Positions 40,316-55,555 of a stretch of DNA of 64,000 bases are shown here, piece after piece. The position numbers and the translations under genes were made by a program. Position 1 is the stretch's first letter; every line of letters starts with the position of its first letter. The stretch is taken from NCBI GenBank assembly GCA_964016885.1, contig OZ024743.1, positions 175,026,001 through 175,090,000 of the forward strand, written 5' to 3'. The stretch is from Eledone cirrhosa (taxonomy: Eukaryota). The notes beneath the pieces were generated by a model, which saw only the letters and a list, made by a program, of their open reading frames with translations, was not told where the DNA came from and made no database searches.

Positions 40316-40567
40316 GCGGAGCGATACGAGTTACTGGACTACTTAGACCAGATAACGTAAGTGAACTCAGAGAGAATTGAGTCTCCGGAAATACTTGCTC
40401 GCGTCAACACGTCAATTCTTCGATACAGATCAATCTTTTCTTGTCGTTATACCAATTCCATGCTTATACCACGAATAAATGGAATTACATATTTATAATG
40501 GATTTCGTCGTTATTTTATGCTTTCTGAATCTACTATCACTTGCAGCGACATATAATCTTCATTATA
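40316..40567 (+). repeat. 3' LTR lacking its first ~110 bp
   Basis: Fused directly to integrase sequence (..YHPAS); no polypurine tract, implying an internal deletion. Confidence 0.88.
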
Positions 40568-41592
40568 GACCCCACTATACTATTAATGTAGACAATATAC
40601 TATTAATGTAGACAATATACTATTAATGTAGACAATATACTATTAGTGTAGACAATATACTATTAATGTAGACAATATACTATTAATGTAGACAATATAC
40701 TATTAATGTAGACAATATACTATTAATGTAGACAATATACTATTAATGTAGACAATATACTATTAGTGTAGACAAAATACTATTAATGTAGATAATATAC
40801 TATTAATGTAGACAATATGCTATTAATGTAGACAATATACTATTAATGTAGACAATATACTATTAATGTAGACAATATACTATTAATGTAGACAATATAC
40901 TATTAGTGTAGATCACACTATACTATTAATGTAGACAATATACTATTAGTGTAGATCACACTATACTATTAATGTAGACAATATACTATTAGTGTAGACC
41001 CCATTATACTATTAATGTAGACAATATACTATTAACGTAGATCCCAATATACTATTAATGTAGACAATATACTATTAGTGTAGACCCCACTATACTATTA
41101 ATGTAGACAATATACTATTAGTGTAGACCCCACTATACTATTAATGTAGACAATATGCTATTAGTGTAGATCCCAATATACTATTAATGTAGACAATATA
41201 CTATTAGTGTAGACTCCACTATACTATTAATGTAGACAATATACTATTAACGTAGATCCCAATATACTATTAATGTAGACAATATACTATTAGTGTAGAC
41301 CCCACTATACTATTAATGTAGACAATATACTATTAGTGTAGACCCCACTATATTATTAATGTAGACAATATACTATTAGTGTAGACAATATACTATTAGT
41401 GTAGACCCCACTACACTATTAATGTAGACAATATACTATTAGTTTAGATCACACTATACTATTAATGTAGACTATACTATTAGTGTAGACCCCACTATAC
41501 TATTAATGTAGGCAATATACTATCAGTGTAGATCACATTATACGATTAATGTAGACAATATACTATTAGTGTAGATCACACTATACTCTTAA
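40568..41592. repeat. Satellite array, right block (20-mer plus GACCCCACT/GATCACACT 23-mer variants)
   Basis: Direct inspection. Confidence 0.97.
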
Positions 41593-41629
41593 TAGACTTA
41601 AGAGTTTCTAAGAAAATAATTCTTTCTAG

Positions 41630-41820
41630 CATTCACACAAGGCCAGCGAATTAAAAAGAGGAGAAAGTCGATTATATCGATCCCAGTACTTGTACTTTAT
41701 TCTATCGAATTCAGAAGGACGACAAAGTTAATCTCGGCAAGATTTGAACTCTGAATGTAGAAAGTTTTCAACACTAAATACTGCAAAACATTTTGTCTGA
41801 AGCTTTACGAATTCTGTTCT
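41630..41820 (-). mobile_element. Degenerate tRNA-derived SINE
   Basis: Minus strand GAGTTCAAATC B-box and CGATAGAATAAAGTAC..GCTGGCCTTGTG, as in 53517-53700. Confidence 0.6.
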
Positions 41821-42199
41821 CAGTTCCTAATGAGTTCTTTCTTTTCCGTCTATATACAGCAAATCATTCCAGGGCTATTCTTTATAAAATGGTGACCCAC
41901 TCTCAAACTTGATAAAGCAAAGATGGGATATGAACCAGTAACAATCCAGCACAGCTCTTACTATGGAATTCGAAACCGTACCAATTTTCGAATAAAACGA
42001 TTGTTTTAAAAATCAACTTTTGGACACCGATAGACTCTATTCTAAGAAGAAGCTGTGTAGCGTATTGTTAATAATAGAAACACGATAATAGAAAGCTACT
42101 GATATTCATTTATTTACTGTAAATGTTATTGAAATAGCAGACGACAAAATGGATGAACAATAGATGAGAGTGAATGAACGAACGACAAATAATACATTT

Positions 42200-42405
42200 A
42201 AGAAAGACATACCGTAAGAAATATGGAAGGCGTATATGAAAGAAAGTAATATAATGAAAAATATGGAAGGAATGAATGCAAGAAAGTGATATAATGAGAA
42301 ATATGGAAGGAATGAAAGCAATAAAGTGATATGAGAAATATGGAATGAATGAATGCAAGAAAGTTATATAATGAAAAATATGGAAGGAATGAATGTAAGA
42401 AAGAA
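42200..42405. repeat. Short ~38-40-bp minisatellite (AAATATGGAAGGAATGAATG...)
   Basis: About 5 diverged tandem copies. Confidence 0.75.
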
Positions 42406-42979
42406 TGAAAGAACTGAGGAATGAAATGAAAAAAAAAAAGGATCTGAATAAATAAATAAATATATGATAATGTGAGTGAAGAGGAAAATTGTTGAGGATG
42501 ATTCATTTATCAATCTATTATCAAGTGAAACTCGATATCAACTAATTGACAAATGGAAATCACTCAATTACTACCAGCATTTTGGATAATACTCTCACCG
42601 CTACTCAATTCTGTTTAATTCTGTTTTAGGCGTGAAACAGCCTCTGTTGTATGTTGTGTGTTTTTATTGTATAACGGAATCGGTAAAAGTAAATAGATAT
42701 TGACGATGACACGTTCTTTGCTGCGAAAAGGTTTTTCTTCCGCAATATACATGATAAAAGACACTTTCTTTACAGATATAAAGAACGAGATTTATAGAGT
42801 GAGAGTGATGAGATATATAGAGTGAAAGATAGAGTGTGAAAGCGAGAAATACAGAGAGAGGGAGGAACAATTGTGGGTAGTGTGAGAAAGACAGAGATTA
42901 TATATATATAAATATATATATATATCTACATCCATACCTTTGACTCCTGCGTTTGTTTGTTTGTCATTGAACTATACAA

Positions 42980-43010
<31 letters not shown>

Positions 43011-43055
43011 ATATATATATATAGAGAGAGAGAAAGACAGAGATGATATATATAT

Positions 43056-44518
<1,463 letters not shown>

Positions 44519-44739
44519 GGCTGTTAGCGGAAGATTAATGTTACTTTTACTTTCACTTTTACGAAGCCATCCATTTATACTGACTGATCTCATTTATTCT
44601 GCGTGATACAATTGGATTCAGGAAACAGAGTTAAGTTTATGGGAAATTTAGATAAAAACTCTTTAAATGATGAGAGAGGAGTTTATATTCCATTTCTCCA
44701 CAGCTGGTGTGATGGACTAATAGTGTTTCTTTTTTTTTT

Positions 44740-45150
44740 TCGACATTTAGTTACGCTCGACATATACTGTGAATTTTGAGTTCAAATCCCACGGTAGTTA
44801 GAATTTCCTTTCATTATTTGTGAGCCGGTAAGGGTTGTAAATTGGCTGAGTTGTTTGAGCGTCGAATTAAATGCTTTGCGACATTTGATTTGGATCTTTC
44901 CGGTATGTGTTCAAATCATGTTGGAGTCAGTTTTTCCTTCCATCATTCGTAGGTTGGTAAAGGTGGTAAACAGCGTCGAGAATACTTTGCGATAATTATT
45001 CTGGTTCTTTACGCCCTCAGTTCAAATCCCACCGAGGTGAACTTCAATTTTTAACCTTTCGGGTTCGAAAAAAATTAAGTACTGGGGTCGATATAATAGA
45101 ATTTTCCCTTCCCCAGATTACTGACCTTGTACCTTACTTAGACACCATTA
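44740..45150 (+). mobile_element. Degenerate SINE cluster with three tandem heads
   Basis: GTTCAAATC B-box at ~44780, ~44909 and ~45020, each followed by a CCTTTCAT-like block. Confidence 0.55.
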
Positions 45151-45810
45151 TTAGTAGGTCGATAAAATAACTATTGATCGCGTGTTCGATCCTATCGCTT
45201 CAATCGATTATACTCGTCACCCATAATGGGTCGCATTGTAGTAACCCCTTTACCTTATTCTTTTATTCTTTACTGTTTTGTAACATTACTGCACACTGTT
45301 ATGAAAAACAGTCCTGTCTCCAGGCGAGTGAAACTGTGATGATGCCGAACATGACCGCTGTCGACGGGAGGGTCGCTGTTTCTGTTTTCCCTATTTTTGT
45401 TTACCGGGCTGCATGGCTCTCGCTCTCTCCAAAGACGGCCGATCGAACAGGAATTTCCAGACTAGAAATAAGAAGTAACGTAACCACTACCATGCTTGTC
45501 GATACCTCGATCTTCCACGATCAATATACCTTCTGAAACGATCGTAAAACATTGAACTAATTAGCTACCTACCTCTGACTTCTGTCTTGTTTTCATTATT
45601 CTATATAGAAACACACATATATATAAATGACTCTGTAACCTGGGAAGATTCTTCTTCGAGGAAACCTTAAGCAGTGGTCACCTACTACAAAAACTACTGG
45701 TCACACCGCCTAATCTAGCTGTCATCACCTTTCCAAGGACACATTGAGTTCTAACAACGTTATCACCCCCACCACAACCAGGTGGAATACGGTATATATA
45801 TATATGTATA

Positions 45811-45887
<77 letters not shown>

Positions 45888-46081
45888 CGTTTTTTTATTT
45901 ATTTAAAGGATCGTTTGATGATTACTTGTTCCGCTCATTTTTATAGTTCTGGTATCTCAAATTAGTACCATCGAACCACAACTATTATAAACACCATGCA
46001 TATTTCTGTGGGTACTTAGTACCTGTTGGAATATCCATACCCTTTTAAAAACTAAATGTCTGATTTTGATTTTGAGTTTAC

Positions 46082-46153
46082 CCCCTGATGAAACCTAACT
46101 CTGGAAATTCATATTATTTGGATGTCCTAAATAAGGAAGAAACCATGGTAGGG
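46082..46153 (+). ncRNA. Hammerhead with extended stem II in a solo pLTR-like segment (45887-46545)
   Basis: CCC CTGATGA AACCT...AGGAA GAAA CCATGG TA GGG; palindromic ACCATGGT, GUA site. Confidence 0.75.
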
Positions 46154-46544
46154 ATATAATTACGGTATGTGCGCATTTCTTCTAAGTTTAATTTTACTAC
46201 TAATTGTGTGTGGTTGATGGTACATTTGGTCGAAGTCTACATGCTGTCGAAATGTTCGATAAATAATGGAACGGGGCTGCCGCGAAGAGGCTACGGTCGA
46301 TTGTTTGTCAGAGATTTCCCCATAAGAAAATTTATTCTTAAAGCTTGCTAGATTTGATTTTGTATATGGTTAATTATGCTAATTAGAAGAAGAAATAGTA
46401 TATATTTTAATATCTGATGATTCTAAAGACATGATTTATGATATAATGCTCTGATTTTTTGATTTTAATTTATTAATTCTTCATAGAGCTTAAAAGTTAA
46501 CAGTTGCAACATATATATATCTTTAATTTTATGTATATGATAAC

Positions 46545-46594
<50 letters not shown>

Positions 46595-46645
46595 TAAACA
46601 TCGGGTGCTCACCCGGGTGAACCTACAGTAACTCCAAGTTACACT

Positions 46646-46700
<55 letters not shown>

Positions 46701-47218
46701 ATATGATATTCTTATTTTGCTCTTTCAAATTTACTTTCTATAGAAGAGTTAATTGTGTTTTTGTTTCATACAAACCACCCAAGCCTTTGGTATTGAAGAA
46801 AGATTTTAATTTGGTTGTATATTAAACAGCTCACCGTTACTTGAAAAGAAGATTACGTTTATGCTGTGAATTAACGACAAAATCGATTTTCAGCAATTCT
46901 TGAAAGAATTCAAAATCAATATGAAGAATTCTGATTAGATACAATACTCCGATGTGATGTATATTGACGGAGACAACAGAGGGTTAAAGTGGTGTATGTG
47001 TATATATGCGTTTGTGTGTTTGTGTGTTTGTGTCTGTTTGTATGTGTGTGTGTGTTCGTTTGTGTCTGTTTGTGTATGTGTATGTGTGCGTGTGTGTGTG
47101 TGTGTGTGTGCGTGTGTGTATGTGCGCGCGCGTACGTAACTGTGTATAGTGGGAAGGGAACGACCAATAACAAAAGAAAAACTATGATGCTGATGATGAT
47201 AATGATGATGATGATAAT

Positions 47219-47402
47219 TGTTTCTACGTTTGGCACAAGGCCAGCAATTATCCCAGGGTATTACTGGTACCTTATTTTATCGACCCCGTAAGGATGAAAG
47301 GCAAAGTTAACCTCTGCGGGATTTGAACTCAGTCCGTAAAGGGACGTAACTGTGCGGCAAAGCATGGCGTCCGACCTCTACCGATACTGCCAATCCACCG
47401 CC
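47219..47402 (-). mobile_element. tRNA-derived SINE
   Basis: Near copy of 53517-53700. Confidence 0.88.
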
Positions 47403-47404
47403 CT

Positions 47405-47420
47405 AATGATGATAATGGTA

Positions 47421-47458
<38 letters not shown>

Positions 47459-47893
47459 AATGATGACAATGACTGCGTTGCTGTTGATGATGCTGATGTG
47501 ACAATGGAAGTGACGGTGACGACGAAGAAGATGATGATGATGTTGATGATGATGTTGATGAAAGTTACTAAGACAATGTTGATGATAAAAAACATGATGA
47601 CTGATAACGAAGACGAGAATGACATTGCCACCGTCTCCACCACCATTACCGCCACCATTACCACCAGCACCACCGCCATTACCACCACTATTACCACCAT
47701 TTCCACCACCATTACCACCACCTCCACCATTAACACCACCATTACCACCACCACCTCCACCATTAACACCACCATTACCACCACCATTACCACCATTTCC
47801 ACCACCATTACCACCACCTCCACCATTAACACCACCATTACCACCACCATTACCACCACCATTACCACCACCTCCACCACCATTACCACCACC
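47405..47893. repeat. (GAT)n and (ACC/ATT)n trinucleotide repeats
   Basis: Direct inspection. Confidence 0.93.
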
Positions 47894-48182
47894 ACAGACT
47901 GACGTTTACAACTATGACTAGAAGTAAAATAATTTGTTGAGGGTACGAAGTAGAAATGTATGTTCTTGTGATTGAGTATTGGCAACACTGCAGTAAGGAT
48001 CTTCAATAGTATTCCTGTATTCAATAGGTGTCTGCTTTCTGTTCAATCACCTTCCATATCCGTTTGATCCGGATAAAGGTGAAGTAGAAGCCAGATCAAG
48101 TTTTATTGGATAATTCCATTTGAAATTGTTTCACCACAAAAATGGGAGTAAGAAACGGAACGAAGTATGTATGGATGTATGT

Positions 48183-50118
48183 GTCCGTGTATAATGTGCG
48201 TGTTCGTGTATAATGTGTGTTTCCGTGTATAATGTGTGCATCCGTGTATAATGTGTGTGTTCGTGTATAATGTGTGTTTCCGTGTATAATGTGTGTGTTC
48301 GTGTTTAATGGGTGTGTTCGTGTATAATATGTGTTTCTGTGTATAACGTGTGTTTTCGTGTATAATGTGTGTGTTCGTGTATAATGTGCGTGTTCGTGTA
48401 TAATGTGTGTTTCCGTGTATAATGTGTGTGTTCGTGTCTAATGTGCGTGTTCGTGTATAATGTGTGTTTCCGTGTATAATGTGTGTGTTCGTGTATAATG
48501 TGTGTTTTCGTGTATAATGTGTGTTCGTGTATAATGTGTTTCCGTGTATAATGTGTGTTTCCGTGTATAATGTATGTGTTCGTATATAATGTGTGTTCGT
48601 GTTTAATGTGTGTTTCCGTGTATAATGTATGTGTTCGTATACAATGTGTGTGTTCGTGTTTAATGTGTGTATTCGTGTATAATGTGTGTGATCGTGTATA
48701 ATGGGTGTTTCCGTGTATAACGTGTATTCCCGTGTATAATGTGCGTGTTCGTGTATAATGTGTGTGTTCGTGTATAATGTGTGTGTTTCTGTGTATAATG
48801 TGTGTGTTCGTGTATAATGTGTGTGTTCGTGTATAATGTGTGTTTCCGCGTATAATGTGTTTCCGTGTATAATGTATGTGTTCGTGTTTAATGTGTGTTC
48901 GTGTTTAATGTGTGTATTCGTGTATAATGTGTGTGATCGTGTATAATGTGTGTTTCCGTGTATAATGTGTGTTCCCGTGTATAAAGTGCGTGTTCGTGTA
49001 TAATGTGTGATCGTGTATAATGTGTGTGTTTCTGTGTATAATGTGCGTGTTCGTGTATAATGTGTGTGTCCGTGTATAATGTGTGTTCGTGTATAATGTG
49101 TTTCCGTGTATAATGTGTGTGATCGTGTATAATGTGTGTGTTCGTGTATAATGTGTGTTTCTGTGTATAATGTGTGTGTTCGTGTTTAATGTGTGTTTCC
49201 CTGTATAATGTGTGTATTCGTGTATAATGTCTGTGTTCGTGTATTATATGGGTTTCTGTGTATAATGTGTTTCCGTGTATAATGTGTGTGTTCGTGCATA
49301 ATGTGTGTTTCCGTGTATAATGTGTGTGTTCGTGTATAATATATGTTTCTGTGTATAATATGTTTTCGTGTATAATGTGTGTGTTTGTGTATAATGTGTG
49401 TGTTCGTGTATAATGTGTGTTTCCGTGTATAATGTGTGTGTTCGTGTATAATGTGTGTTCGTGTATAATCTGTGTTCCCGTGTATATTGTGCGTGTTCGT
49501 GTATAATGTATGTGTTCGTGTATAATGTGTGTTCGTGTATAACATATGTTTTCGTGTATAATGTGTGTTCGTGTATAATGTGTGTTCGTGTATAACATGT
49601 GTTTTCGTGTATAATGTGTGTTCGTGTATAATGTGAGTTTCCGTGTATAATCTGTGTGTTCGTGTATAATTGTTTCTATTTTAGGCACAAGGCCAGCAAA
49701 TACCCAGTACATTACTGGTACTTTATTTTATCGACCCCGTAAGGATGAAAGGCAAAGTTAACCTCGGCGGGATTTGAACTCAGATCATAAAGGGACGTAA
49801 CTCTATGCTTCAAAGCATGGTGTCCGACCCTCTACCGATACTGCCAATCCACCGCCTGTGTTCGTGTATAATGTGTGTTTCCGTGTATAATGTATGTTTC
49901 CGTGTATAATGTCTGTGTTCGTGTATTATGTGTGTGTTCGTGTATAATATGTGCGTGTTCGTGTATAATGTGTGTGTTCGTGTATAAAGGGTGTGTTCGT
50001 GTATAATGTGTGTTCTTGTATAATGTGTGTGTTCGTGTATAATGTGTGTTTCCGTGTATAATGCGTGTTCGTGTATAATGTCTGTTTCCGTGTATATCAT
50101 GTGTGTTCGTGTATAATG
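48183..50118. repeat. 17-21-bp minisatellite (TCGTGTATAATGTGTGTGT)
   Basis: About 90 variable units; interrupted by a SINE. Confidence 0.95.
49671..49856 (-). mobile_element. tRNA-derived SINE inserted in the minisatellite
   Basis: Near copy of 53517-53700. Confidence 0.9.
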
Positions 50119-50461
50119 TAAGTGTGTTGTGTGCGAATGTGTGCGAGAGTGTGTGTGCATGTGTGTGAGTGTGTGCGTTTTTGTGTGCATATGAGTATGT
50201 ATGTATGAATTTGTCTGTTTCTATTTGTTTTCATATGTATTTGTGAATCCAAATTTATGTGTGCGTGCGTGTGTATTTGTGTATGTGTATTTGTGTGTTT
50301 GTGTGCGTGTATGTGTGTCTGTATGTGTGTGTGTATGAGAGTGTATGTGTGTGTGTATGTGTTTGAGAGAGAGAAGGAGAAAGAGAAAGAGAAAGAGAGA
50401 GAGAGTGAGAGTGAGAGATAGAGAGAGAGTGTGAGAGAGAGAGAAAGAAAGAAAGAAAGAA

Positions 50462-50492
<31 letters not shown>

Positions 50493-50547
50493 AAGAAAGA
50501 GAGAGAGAGTGAGAGTGAGAGATAGAGAGAGAGTGTGAGAGAGAGAG

Positions 50548-50583
<36 letters not shown>

Positions 50584-50616
50584 TGATAGAGAGAGAAAGA
50601 AAGAGAGAGACAGAGT

Positions 50617-50724
<108 letters not shown>

Positions 50725-50954
50725 AAATATAATTTTTCACAATGGGAACATGCAAAGCCGAATGTTTCATGCAATGCGAAATGCTTAAATAGTTCGCTTC
50801 ACAGTATTAAGGTTTCGAGTTCGCTCCCAAAACGTCGCGTCAATTTTGGAAAAGATCCTACGAATATAACCTCAATTCAACACAAACCGTAAGTTTGAAA
50901 TTGGATAGACGGGTAGATGGGAACTATGCGGTGGCCCATTGATCGATTGTACCC

Positions 50955-51330
50955 TCTTCTTCTTCTTCTTCTTCTTCTTCACCCACTGATTTCTGAGAGG
51001 GTCGTGCGGGGAAAAAGTCCTCAAACACTCCTTCCAGCGGGTCCTGTCAGAAGCAACCATCTTAACTGATCTGGCTGGATCCCCAAGCAAGACCAGCCAA
51101 ACTCATGGATGTTATCCAACCATCTTACTCGAAGTATACCCCTGGGTCTCCTTCCAGCTGGTTTTGCCCATAAAATCTGTCTAGCGATTCTTTCCTGAAA
51201 CATTCTAACCACATGCCTATAGTATTGAAGCTGTGATCTCTCAATTCGGAGAAGTAGCGGCTCTCCCTGGAGTGACTCTCCGATCTCCGAGCTATACACT
51301 CTATCGAGTAACGTTACTCCAGAACCATTT
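50955..51330 (-). mobile_element. RTE-clade LINE 3' end with (AAG)n tail
   Basis: GVTLLDRVYSSEI..EPLLLRIERSQLQYYRHVVRM..GRRPRG..RWLD, typical of the RTE ORF2 C-terminus. Confidence 0.85.
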
Positions 51331-52512
51331 CGGAGACCTCCTCTGAGATGCAACATTGTATGAGGTCAGCTAAACCTATATAGCGGTGAGCTGTAACAAT
51401 AACATGTACATATATATATATTCATGATAAGATTAGGGTTCTTATCATTCAAACGCCCGAGAAACTTCCTCTGAGATGCAACCTCACAGGTGGTTAGCCG
51501 AATAAGCATTGCTGTAACAGTAAGCATAACAAAGATCAAACGACCGGGATACTCTTCTTTTGATATCGAAGCGATTTTCTGACTGAATCTAATATTTTGA
51601 AACTGAAACCCATGGATGACAGAGAGTCAAGTAGACGCCGATATCAAATTTATATTTGGATGGCCAACGTGTACATTTTTCAAACACGTCACTGTTGTTT
51701 ATTCAAAAAGAAGTGAAAAAGAAGCACCCAAGTTCTGGTTAACATAACTATGATAAGGGATACAATTCCATCATCACGCAGTTATTATAACCTGAACATG
51801 TTTGGACTTTTTCGTCAAAATGTGGTAGCAATCTTTCATAATAGATTAGTTTGAAATGACAACTGGGGTTATTAAATTTTCAGACCCTATAGTATATCGT
51901 ATGTCTTCAGGAATATTCTATCTTAGCATTTTCTACTTGTCCCTTACAAGTAGATTCTGTCACATTCTAGTTGTTGGTTATTTGCTATATGACATCAGAT
52001 TATCACATAGCAATAAGTAAAACGAAATAAAATGAAAAAAAAACAAACAAAACAAGACATATTAAACACGAACAAGGAGTGAATGCAGTGAAATCACGAA
52101 AGATTTCTATACAACTCAATAATTTTCTGCAGTAAACTATATTGCAAATTACACCTATATGTTCTGAGCTTTTGTGCTTGAAAAATAACTGAAATACAAG
52201 GTTGGGAATATCAGTGACTGATATTGGAAATGTAAGGAGCAATATCATTAAAGCAACAGATTCATAGGCACAGAGCTATTAACAAGACATCCGTATTCAG
52301 CAATATAATCAATACAACATCCAAAAGACATACGGACAGATCCCAATAAATGGAACTTAATCTATTGACATATCTACATTTACTACAATACACTACACAG
52401 ACATATATATATATACACGAACGCACACATAACGCACATACACAAGTTAAAGGTAAAATGGGAGAAAACTAATATATATATATATATATATATAAATACT
52501 TTTATTTCTACA

Positions 52513-52558
<46 letters not shown>

Positions 52559-52850
52559 ACCTTGTAGAAATAAAAGTATTTATATTGAAGATGTAAAAAT
52601 GTATAAAGATGAAAGCAGTTCTCATATATAGCATTGACATGTGTGGAAAAGAAATAGCAAATTCTACACTATAGTTACACAACTTCATAGCAACTGTGCG
52701 TTTGCGTGTTTGTATGTATCTATGTATGTATGTGTTTGTGTGTGTGTGTGTGGGTGTGTTCTGGTTTTATAATTTTTATTAATAGAGAGAGAGTCGGTTT
52801 CTATCATAGACACAAGACTCCGTCATTGGAATTTAGACAACATCTACTAG

Positions 52851-52851
<1 letters not shown>

Positions 52852-52881
<30 letters not shown>

Positions 52882-53818
52882 TGTATGTATGTATGTATGT
52901 ATGTATGTATGTATGTATGTATGTATGTATGTTATGCCGGGTCACTCTCGAGTGCTACTGGTAACATGTAACCCAGTACAACCTGTCGCACGGTCGGGTC
53001 GTCGGTGACTAAACCGGCAACCCCACCAAGTTTACTTGGTGGGGAGGGTGATATTTGGACACCCTGCAGGACAAAAAACAAAACCTGACAAAGGGTGGAA
53101 GAACTCATAAGAAGCAACGGCCATCCAAAATTGTGTAAATATGTATATACATATATGCATGTGTATATATGTATATATATATGTATATATATATATATGT
53201 ATATATGTATATGCAAGTATACATATGTATATATATGCACGGGACATAGAAATAATGGGGCTGGATAGCTAATCGCGATAGCCACTGGGAGTGAAGGACC
53301 TCTAGCCTTTGTCAGGGCATTCTTCTAGGAGCAACTCAGGAAACTACGATAACTCCGACATAAAACCTGCGGCTCAGTAGTTATCGATGATGTTGATCTT
53401 TTCGGGTTATAGCTACTGTCGCTCAGAGAGTGGGATTGGCTCAGTGCACAGTCTTTCCTCACTTCAAAAAAATCTTCACGCACAGGCATTGCACGATAGC
53501 ATTAATTAATAACTATGGCGGTGGATTGGCAGTATCGGTAGAGGGTAGGACACCATGCTTTCCAGCATAGTTACGTCCCTTTACGATCTGAGTTCAAATC
53601 CCGCCGAGGTTAACTTTGCCTTTCATCCTTACGGGGTCGATAAAATAAAGTACCAGTAATGCACTGGGTAATTGCTGGCCTTGTGCCTAAAGTAGAAACA
53701 ATTAATTAATAACTATTAATAATGTTATATCGTGCAATGGCCATACTCGATAACGAGGGGGCAGCCATCATGTATGTATGTATGTATGCATGTATGTATG
53801 TTTGTGTATGTATGCATG

Positions 53819-53849
<31 letters not shown>

Positions 53850-54520
53850 GTATGTATGTATGTTATGTCAGATCGCTCTCGTGTGCTACTGGTAACATGT
53901 AACCCAGTCTCATTGTCTGGTCGTCGGCAACTAAACCGGCAACCCCACCAAGCTTGCTTGGTGAGGAACTTAGCAGAGTCAACGGCCATCCAAATAGTAC
54001 TTTTTTCCCCCTGGGAGTGAAAGGTTCTCAGTTATTGTCACAACACCTTTCTAAGAGAGGGAAACGCTGAAAAAAAAAAAAAAAAAAAAAAAAAAACCTA
54101 CGGCTTTGGAAATATCCGATGATGTTGACCAGTTCTTCTTTTCGGGGAGTGTTTTCGATGTTCAGAGAGTGGGATTGGTCGAGTGCAAAGCCTTTCTCCA
54201 CTTAAAAAACCTTCAAAGCACAGGCATTGTTTAGGATCTGTTATACGTTCCTGTGGCTGGCCGTAGCCTAAAAGTGTACTATTTTCTGTAATCTGTCAAG
54301 CGATTGCAATACTCTTAGCAGAGTTTTCAGCCATCATGTATGTATGTATGTACATCACCCTCCTCACTAAGCAAGCTTCGTGGGGTTGACGGTTTAGTGC
54401 CGACGACCCGACCATGAGACTGGTTGTACTGGGTTACATGTTACCAGTAACACCAAACTCTATAATCTGACAAACGATTGCAGTACTCTTAGCAGAGTTT
54501 GGAGCCATCATATATGTACA
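52852..54520. repeat. Cluster of three diverged copies of an (ATGT)n-associated interspersed repeat (possibly an RTE 5' region)
   Basis: TACTGGTAACATGTAACCCAGT..GGTCGTCGG..ACTAAACCG.CAACCCCAC at ~52955 (+), ~53887 (+) and ~54380-54450 (-); a related piece lies at ~16487-16545. Confidence 0.6.
53517..53700 (+). mobile_element. Full-length tRNA-derived SINE with 16-bp TSD
   Basis: A/B boxes (TGGCAGTATCGG, GAGTTCAAATCCC), central GCCTTTCATCCTTACGGGGTCGATAAAATAAAGTACCAG block, TSD ATTAATTAATAACTAT (53501-53516 / 53701-53716). Confidence 0.92.
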
Positions 54521-55239
54521 TATTTCTGTGCGTGTGTTCAATATGAAAAATCGCCAAAGATACATCGCTGTAGAGAAAGGAAAGTATATATTTGGTGACG
54601 ATAAGGACAAATGATGGTGCAACAAATCGTTGAAGACAATAGATTGGAAACATAGCTAGACTACGGGCCCGGTTAGATTGAAATGAAAATGAAATTTAAA
54701 GCTCACATTTATGCAGGTTTAGTTGACGTCCTACAAGGTTATATCTCATCTAAGGTTCTTGTGTGAATAATGATAGGGGCCTGTCTTATGTTGTTAAAGC
54801 TCATACATATGGAAGTTTAGTTGGCCTCCTATGAGGTTGATCCCATTGGTGGTTTCGTTGGTGTTTTAATGAGAACGACCCCAACCCTATCATGAATATG
54901 TATGTATGTGTGTGTATGTACACATATATAAATGTATGTATACATGTATGCATAAATGTATGTATAAATGTATGTATAAATGTATGTATACATGCTTGTA
55001 TGTAGTCACCAATGGCCACAGTACGAATCAGGTTTGTTGTAATTAGAGAAGCGAGAGCTAACATGTCATACGATATATGATAGTATATTTTACTTTCTTG
55101 GTGATGGTTATCTTGCAGGTCTTGCCATTGGTCAGTAAACCCCCACATAGTTGTTACATTGATGTTGTTATCGCACACACACACTCTCACATATAGAAAG
55201 AACAACTAAAGTACGTAAATAATTCAATAATAAAATTAC

Positions 55240-55555
55240 TTTAGACACAAGGCCAGAAATTTTATATAGGGGAAAATCAATAATATCGACAACAGTATTT
55301 GACTGGTACTTTATTTTATCGAACGTCGAAAGATGAAAGGTATTGTTGGCCTTAGTGGAATTTGAACTTGGAATAATTAACGTAAAGGAAGTTCTATCGA
55401 TTCTGCCAATAATACTGTTTTATATAGAATCATAGGAATAATATATAATGTTGCTTTCTAATTTGTGGGGAAGGGAAAGTCATTTATATCGATCCCATTA
55501 CTTTACTGGTATTATATTTTATCGACCCCGAAAGGTTGAAAAGCAAAGTTCAACT
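55240..55555 (-). mobile_element. Two degenerate SINE fragments
   Basis: ACTGGTACTTATTTTATCGA..GATGAAAGG blocks at ~55300 and ~55505. Confidence 0.6.

Larger units (their letters stand above)
36000..40567 (+). mobile_element. Decayed Ty3/Gypsy LTR retrotransposon inserted in the satellite
   Basis: GACC 4-bp TSD (35996-35999 and 40568-40571), LTRs, PBS, gag-PR-RT-RH-IN domain order. Confidence 0.95.

Noticed and set aside
25850-41592. CRISPR-like periodicity
   Set aside because: Contiguous tandem units with no unique spacers, no cas genes, eukaryotic context.
42664-42870. Zinc-finger-like peptide YHVYCGRKTFSQ
   Set aside because: Lacks C2H2 spacing; no tandem fingers.
47498-48024. Thr-rich, Pro-rich or Val-rich ORFs (mucin- or formin-like)
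   Set aside because: Pure ACC/ATT trinucleotide repeat open in several frames; no splice or domain context.
53085-53340. Possible HDV-like ribozyme (CTGACAA/TTGTCAG, AGG-ACCTCTAG-CCT, GG)
   Set aside because: P1 lacks the 5' G, P2 is poor, and the paralogue at ~54010 does not keep the pairings.
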